NCBI RefSeq assembly: GCF_002105155.1
Contig: NW_019028981.1
Location: 806,001-870,000, forward strand
Reading direction: 5' to 3'
Source of the DNA: Lobosporangium transversale
Lineage: Eukaryota
Length of the DNA stretch: 64,000 nt
The first letter of the stretch is position 1; the number at the start of each line of letters is the position of its first letter. The translations under genes were made by a program, and so were the position numbers. Under the pieces are notes generated by a model. It searched no databases. It had not been told where the DNA came from and worked only from the letters and a program-made list of their open reading frames with translations. Positions 57,854 to 64,000 of the stretch are shown piece after piece.

Positions 57854-58873
57854 ATGAGGAGGCTTTCTATGGAAAAGGTACAAAATGCTCAGGCCTTACT
57901 TCGACAAGGGAAGTCTACCAGCGAAGTGGCAAGGAAACTTGGTATCTCTATTCCATCGGCAATAAGGATTAGGAGTGACGTCAAGGACAATATTCCTAAA
58001 TCCAGAATGGGCAGACCCTCATTGGTTTCGCCTGCTACCAAGAGGGCAATTGCACGCGAGGTTGATACGGGGAAACTTAGATCCATTCTGGCAGTTCAAA
58101 TAAACATTAGATCGAGCCATGGAGTGCATGTCAGTGTAGAGACTGCCCGATGTTATATAAAATCAGAGGGCTTGAAAAACTATGTCCGCCCATTCAAGCC
58201 TAGGCTGACAAAAATGCAGATTGCGAAAAGGAAGAATTTTGCCCTCAATCACCTTGACTGGACTGTTGATGACTGGAAGCGAGTGATGTTCTCGGACGAA
58301 AAGCTTTTTGAAAGGCTAGGGTCCTTAGGAGGAAGAACACAATATAGGCGACCCGGCCACAGGACTTTAGAAGATCAAGATGTTAGAGAGAGATCAAGGG
58401 GAGCACATAACAAACTTATGTGGTGGGGCTGTATCACTTATCATGGTGTAGGCGATGGTTGCAGGATCCCTGTCACAGTTGATTCCTCTTTATATGTTGA
58501 TGTTCTACAAGATTATGTCCTCGGCTCGTGGAAGTGGTATGGCCAGGACCCTGAAAAGTTAATTTTTCAGCAGGACAATGCAAGTGTTCATACGAGTAGG
58601 ATGGTTAAAGAGCTCTTTATTAAGTCACACATTACCACTTTGGAGTGGCCTCCAAATTCTCCTGACTTCAACCCTATCGAGAATGTATGGGCCTACATGG
58701 ATCATCGGCTCAAGGGATATGAGAAGGTACCAAAGGATCTGGATGAACTATGGGAAAGACTACAGGATATCTGGACATCTATTCCACCTGACTTCCTTGA
58801 TGAGCTATATGAAAGTATGCCACGAAGGGTAGAGGAGCTACATCGCATGAAAGGAGGTCGTACACATTACTGA
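57854..58873 (+). CDS. Tc1 transposase, DD34E, intact ORF
   Basis: VMFSDE, FQQDNASVH, WPPNSPDFNPIENVW, KGGRTHY. Confidence 0.93.
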   Translation: MRRLSMEKVQNAQALLRQGKSTSEVARKLGISIPSAIRIRSDVKDNIPKSRMGRPSLVSPATKRAIAREVDTGKLRSILAVQINIRSSHGVHVSVETARCYIKSEGLKNYVRPFKPRLTKMQIAKRKNFALNHLDWTVDDWKRVMFSDEKLFERLGSLGGRTQYRRPGHRTLEDQDVRERSRGAHNKLMWWGCITYHGVGDGCRIPVTVDSSLYVDVLQDYVLGSWKWYGQDPEKLIFQQDNASVHTSRMVKELFIKSHITTLEWPPNSPDFNPIENVWAYMDHRLKGYEKVPKDLDELWERLQDIWTSIPPDFLDELYESMPRRVEELHRMKGGRTHY

Positions 58874-59127
58874 AGAACAGAAAAAAAAAACAAATAAAGC
58901 AAAGCTCCCGATTTTCTTCAAATGGCATTCAATGAGATGCCAATAATTGGCATTCATCTAAATTTTCAATTAGCAACAGGAGCTCATTGACATTGTAGTA
59001 GGAGTGACGTTGTCGATGGTCGAACTCGCTACGTAAGTTTCATTAGCGACAAGCAAGATCAAATTGGAGAAAGGAATGAGAATGTCGAAATTCCTAGTTC
59101 ATTGAATGACTTTTGATGGCCACTGTA

Positions 59128-60751
59128 GTCATCCATGTTGAAGGGTATTATTGTGTTATCTCGCCAACAACTGGGCGTGGTATATATAACCTCTACATCT
59201 ATGAAAATGACACTATACAGGTTGTAATTGCCAATACTTTACTAGTCGGCGCCGCCTTTGTATGCATATGCTGGTGTTATTCAAAGTCAAGCAGAATGAC
59301 GAAGAACGTCCACTGAGTCTCCCCCAGAAAGCTATGCCTTTGGTCATGGACAAACATATAGCTGTTGAGCATGGTGAATATCAAACTGAGGAGAGTGAGC
59401 TTAATCAGACTGAGATTCAACTAGAGGATAATCAGCTAGGTGAGGAACATAACGAGTTATATGAGTTGCTTCGAAAGTTTATTCACAATTTTGATGATTT
59501 AAAAATGTTGAATGAAAGCGTAAGAACCTTAAGGTCAGTAAAAGATACGCTGGATACTTTGCCGTTAATCCCCAACGCATCCGGAACTAAGAAGCGACAA
59601 CGGCAGTGTTATTAAATTTAATTTTATTTAATAAAAAAGTATACACAAAAAAAAATCAAGCCAAATTAATGTTTCTCCCAAAAAATCACACAATCAAATT
59701 TTACACGCAATCATCAATGAAGTACTAGAATGCTTATAACTATCCTTCTAGGAAAGATGGAAGCATGCCCATAAAATATACAATAGAAGGCACCAATACG
59801 CGCAAAATAAAAAAAGAATGAAAAGGATTTGTTCAGTATTTATCGAGATAGTACTCAAAACTGTGATAAATTTGGGTGGTTTTAATGACTGGTCAGACTT
59901 TAAGCATGAGTAACTCCTGCTAGAGTGCTAGGAAGCAAGCGCCACTGGAACGACCAGTAGGGGAGCTGATTACCATTGGTTTAATATTACTCTTAAGAAA
60001 ATCCACCCAGTATCCATGGAGTAGCACCTGTGTAAAGTAGTTCAAGCACAGAAAAAACCAAAATTATGCCATTTTTGACACACTCAATGGACTATTTCGC
60101 CAGGATCCTGAGAGATAGAGCCAAGCCAAACCAGGGATGCATTCCTTTCGACTATAGCTACGATACAAACCCTATTTTTCAATATTCCATGCAGTGGTTC
60201 TTGAGTAAATGAGCATAGAATATCGAAAATCGCTATTTTCCGCGACCTTGCGCTTTTTCTTTAGGATAACTTTTTTTCTCACTATGTAACCGCGAGCGAT
60301 TTTAACACTGTTCGATTCCAAATTGAAAACTACATTTATCCTGGGGGTTCCATATGCTTTGGGCATAACTGTATTGCGCTCCATCGTTTTTACCAAGTTT
60401 TGCAAACCTAATTTTTAAATGGTTGTCTAGATTGGTCACATACTCTGTTCTGTTGCACTCATCACATAACTACGGATATTAACTTTCATCCGAAAACGTA
60501 AAACCATCTCTCAAAAGTTGCGCTTCGGAGTCACCTACCGGCTTCAGGCCGAGATAACCCAATTGGGTCTGAAACGAGCGACTTTACTTATAGCAGCATG
60601 GATAACGATATACCTTTTTGTACACATATGGGAATATCTTAGCGACATATGCTCAAAAATATTTATTGTCATGTGATATTTATTGGAATTAAGCAAATTA
60701 AAGTTCAGGGGTGGAATTTTATTTCCTCTTCTGGCAGGTCTAAGGGGACTC
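59128..60751 (+). mobile_element. 3' remnant of a related MULE: SWIM finger, tail and terminus
   Basis: CNCQYFTSRRRLCMHMLVL and SGTKKRQRQCY parallel CNCQYFMYSQRPCRHMYLL and SGNQKRQRQ of the 29-31 kb transposase; ends TCTAAGGGGACTC at 60751. Confidence 0.8.
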
Positions 60752-61427
60752 TACCATCACAAACAGACAAGGATGCTATGGCCATGCTTCGACAAGAAAA
60801 ATCTGTCCGTGAAATATCCAGAGCTCTCCATATCTCTACTTTTTCAGTTTCAAAGATTTCTCAAAGAGGCAAAGCAAACCTCCCACTCCCTAAAATGGGT
60901 CGCCCTACGAAAGTTACCAAGAGGACGAAGACCTTACTTGCTGGTTACTTAGATATTGGGAAAATCCTAACCTTAAAGGAAGGCCAGCGTTACATCAAAT
61001 CAACTGACGGAGTACAGATTCACGTTGAGAGCGTCCGAAATTACCTTGCACAAGAGAGTTTGAAAGAATATGTCAAGCTAAAGAAGCAGGACCTCACTGC
61101 GGATCAAATTGCCGCACGGTACCAGTTCGCAAAGGATCATTTGAAATGGACCGTCGACGACTGGAAAAACGTTATGTTCTCTGATGAAGTCGTCATCAGC
61201 AGGATAGGATCCTTCGGACGACAGTACTACTTTAAGAGGCCCAGAAACAAGCGGATACTGCCACATCAGGTCCAAAAGAAAAAGCAAGGTGGTGGCGGCA
61301 AAATTATGATATGAGGTTGTGTGACATAATACGGCCTAGGTGATGCATGCTGGCTTCAAGGAGGGCTCGATTCAGTAGTGTATGCTGATGTGCTAAAAGA
61401 CTATATATTCCGATCACGGGATTGGTA
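60752..61427 (+). pseudogene. Truncated Tc1 transposase (5' end cut by the MULE terminus, internal stop, 3' end cut by another Tc1)
   Basis: LRQEKSVREIS..MGRP..VMFSDE..GGGGKIMI then TGA where W is expected. Confidence 0.85.
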
Positions 61428-63059
61428 CACTATCATGCAAAACTGATTCAATAATTCATTCCCATGTGCATTTCTTTTTTTCAATCCTAGAAACCGTATA
61501 TGCATACACCACTCATACTTTGGTTTAATAAAGCTCCCGTCTTCTTCTACGTCATAGTGATGCGTTGTGACATTAGCTTGTCTCATTTGAATAGCTAATG
61601 ACTTTTTTGTTCATGCAGGTCATTGAATCAGTTTCACATGTGCCCATTCAGTGGCCAAAGATCTTTATTCTTTTGTGAGCCATAACCTTACATCAATAAG
61701 TAGTATTCCAACCATGGGCATCACTGACAGCTTGGAGTCTCTTATGAATACCTATGATGAGTTTGCGGTAGAAGTCCACTGGGATCCTGTACCATTCAAC
61801 CGATATTCGCTCCCATAGTTCATCACAGCTCTTAGCTCGCTCCGGATACCTAGAGAGCCGCCTATCCAATTCTGCCCACATGTGTTCAATAGGGTTGAGG
61901 TCAGGGGATTGTGCTGGCCACTCTAGAAGTGTACCTTCCTCTTCTGTCAGATGTACTGACTCCAAATACTTCCTAACAATCTTCGCCGTGTGCTTCGAGT
62001 CATTGTCGTGCTGAAAGACGATATCGCTTTTAGTTAGGCCCCAGTCATCAAGCGACATCTGTAGATCCTCCTGCAGTAGTTTGATGTAAAGTTGTGCGTC
62101 CATATTATTGTCAATCTTTGCAATGTATCCAGGTCCGTACCATGAGAAGCATGACCACACTTTAACATTACCACCCCCAAACTTGACAGTGCCTTGCACC
62201 AACCTGCGAGTGAGGCGTCCCGGATTGTCGTCCCAGATCCACTGCACGCCATCAGAGCAGATTCGGTTTATTTTCGATTCATCTGACCAAATAACCTTTT
62301 TCCAATCTTCCAGAGTCCATTCCTTATACTTTTTGATAAAATGCAAACGAGCTTTAATATGCCGTCGACGTAAAGCTGGCTTATGTACACGCCTCTTTGC
62401 TGTCAATCCTAACTCCTTGAGCCGTCGTCTAACGGTGGTCTCAGAAACAGCCGCTGGTATGAGCTGGTTGGCTCTGACGGTGGCCTCAACTGCAGTCTTG
62501 GGTGTACCTTGTTTCATGTTCACCTTAAGATACTGCATGATGCCTCTAGGTACTTTCCTTGTTCGACCGCCTTTATTGACTGGCATGTACTCCTTATTAT
62601 GTGCATAGATCCTGGTGGCCGTCGCTATTGATATACCAACACTAGCAGCAGTTTCTCTAGTAGACATGCCTCCCATCATTAACCTCCTGGCTTCGTTGAC
62701 TTTCCTTTGTGGAGTGGGTCTCATATTCTGTGAAGGTATAGTTAAGAGAGAGTTAAGCAACTGTTCATAAAGGAAAGAGAGAAAAGTCCTTTTTTTACTG
62801 GCATTAAATGACGTCCAAAAGTTGTCATGGGCAACATATTAGACCACATGTGAAACTGATTCAATGACCTGCATGAACAAAAAAGTCATTAGCTATTCAA
62901 ATGAGACAAGCTAATGTCACAACGCATCACTATGACGTAGAAGAAGACGGGAGCTTTATTAAACTAAAGTATGAGTGGTGTATGCATATACGGTTTCTAG
63001 GATTGAAAAAAAGAAATGCACATGGGAATGAATTATTGAATCAGTTTTGCATGATAGTG
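61428..63059 (-). mobile_element. Tc1-like transposon with 215-bp near-perfect TIRs and TA flanks
   Basis: TIRs 61428-61642 and 62845-63059 (CACTATCATGCAAAACTGATTCAAT...). Confidence 0.93.
61693..62724 (-). CDS. Tc1-like transposase with DD39E spacing, intact ORF
   Basis: MRPTPQRK.., VIWSDESK, FQHDNDSKH..LEWPAQSPDLNPIEHMW. Confidence 0.92.
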   Translation of the reverse strand: MRPTPQRKVNEARRLMMGGMSTRETAASVGISIATATRIYAHNKEYMPVNKGGRTRKVPRGIMQYLKVNMKQGTPKTAVEATVRANQLIPAAVSETTVRRRLKELGLTAKRRVHKPALRRRHIKARLHFIKKYKEWTLEDWKKVIWSDESKINRICSDGVQWIWDDNPGRLTRRLVQGTVKFGGGNVKVWSCFSWYGPGYIAKIDNNMDAQLYIKLLQEDLQMSLDDWGLTKSDIVFQHDNDSKHTAKIVRKYLESVHLTEEEGTLLEWPAQSPDLNPIEHMWAELDRRLSRYPERAKSCDELWERISVEWYRIPVDFYRKLIIGIHKRLQAVSDAHGWNTTY

Positions 63060-63061
63060 TA

Positions 63062-63530
63062 TCTCCAAGACATTAGGGCCTGCCAGGAGTAAAAGTAGAG
63101 CTGGTCGGCCACGGAAGTTCGATTACCGGAATGCATCTTATATTCGATTGTTGCTTCACCGTGGTATAATCTCATCAGCTGTCCATGCTACCAAACTCTA
63201 TAACGATGAGAACGAAGATCCGGTGACAGCTAATACGGTGCGTCGGGCGCTGAGAGATATAGGCATGGAAGCTAAAAAAGCCGTCAAGAAGCCTAGGCTA
63301 ACAAAACGTCAAAAGAAAGCTCGACTGGACTTTGCTCTCCAGCACAAAGACTGGACCGAAGCTGATTGGAAGCGAGTAATTTGGTCCGATGAGTCCAAAA
63401 TTTGTAGGATATCTTCTGGTGACATGCGCTATGTTTGGGTGGAAACAAATAAAGAACCAAAGGTGAAGGCGGCCGATAATGACCCAAAGTTAGTTTCGCC
63501 CACAGTCAATCATGGTGGTGGTTCGATGTT
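63062..63530 (+). pseudogene. Tc1 transposase fragment from a fifth lineage
   Basis: RAGRPRK..TVRRAL..KKPRLT..RLDFA..WKRVIWSDESK..TVNHGGGS; truncated at both ends. Confidence 0.82.
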
Positions 63531-63543
63531 ACAGTATATAACC

Positions 63544-63641
63544 CAGTGCTCCTATTCGGTTTAAAATTTTGTCAATTGATATTTATTTTTTTAATCTGAA
63601 ACATCATAGTTGACAAAATTTTAAACCGAATAGGAGCGCTG
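63544..63641. mobile_element. hAT-type MITE (98 bp)
   Basis: TIR CAG(T/C)GCTCCTATTCGGTTTAAAATTTTGTCAA; 8-bp TSD ATATAACC. Confidence 0.9.
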
Positions 63642-63731
63642 ATATAACCTTAAGCCTATAAAAAGGCTTGTTTTAATAATTACAATAAAATCATCTTTTG
63701 TCTCTCTTAATTATTACATCATGACTTTCTG

Positions 63732-64000
63732 GAGTCCCCTTAGATCTGAGACTAGAGGAAATAAATGTTTGCTTTTGAACTTAATTCCATTACATATCAC
63801 ATGACAATAAATTATTTTTTGAGCATATTTCGTTAAGATGTATTTATGTAAATGAAAAGATATGTAGATATCCATAGTGCTATAGGTAAAGTCGCTCGTT
63901 TCAGACCCGATTGGGTTATACCGACATGGGGCCGGTAGCTGGTACTGGAGCGCAACTTTTAAGAGATGGTTTTACGTTTTCTGGCGAAAGTTTATATCCG
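63732..64000 (+). mobile_element. Start of another GAGTCCCCTTAGA-terminated element, running off the window
   Basis: GAGTCCCCTTAGAT..GAGGAAATAAA..ATCACATGACAATAAA..TTTTTGAGC; aligns with the reverse complement of 60470-60751. Confidence 0.85.

Larger units (their letters stand above)
55557..59125 (+). mobile_element. Outer Tc1-like element with nested insertions in its left arm
   Basis: 55557-55641 is a diverged inverted match to 59040-59125 (TCATTCCTTTCTCCAATTTGATCTT); TA on both flanks. Confidence 0.65.

Noticed and set aside
60649..60751. N-terminal extension of the 221-aa Tc1 ORF
   Set aside because: It derives from the abutting MULE terminus, so the ORF is a chance chimera.
61401..63092. 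Twin 61/63-aa ORFs MRQANVTTHH
   Set aside because: Incidental translations of the two 215-bp TIRs.

Overview
Intron-rich fungal genomic DNA. The Crinkler N-terminus style and gene families suggest Mucoromycota, probably Mortierellaceae (inference). Bases 1-13.9 kb hold ordinary genes: VPS20, poly(A) polymerase, a DUF4505/C8orf82 homologue, a Fus3/Kss1-type MAPK and a Sec4/Rab8 GTPase. One gene there is unusual: a pseudokinase fused in frame to a phytochelatin synthase with an intact catalytic triad. From about 14 kb to the end the window is a dense transposon and nuclease island. Its centrepiece is a 13.4 kb unit (24771-38149) bounded by 14-bp inverted termini (GAGTCCCCTTAGAT). It carries a Mutator-like DDE/SWIM transposase between two inward-pointing Crypton-type tyrosine recombinases, its left 3.9 kb is duplicated in inverted orientation, and its flanks are inverted copies of each other. 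The island also holds several PD-(D/E)xK-like nuclease genes, a decayed Crinkler gene, a full-length chromovirus with a nested solo LTR, five nested Tc1-like transposases (one DD39E), hAT-type MITEs and tandem non-coding repeat arrays. All calls come from manual motif reading; no database searches were run.
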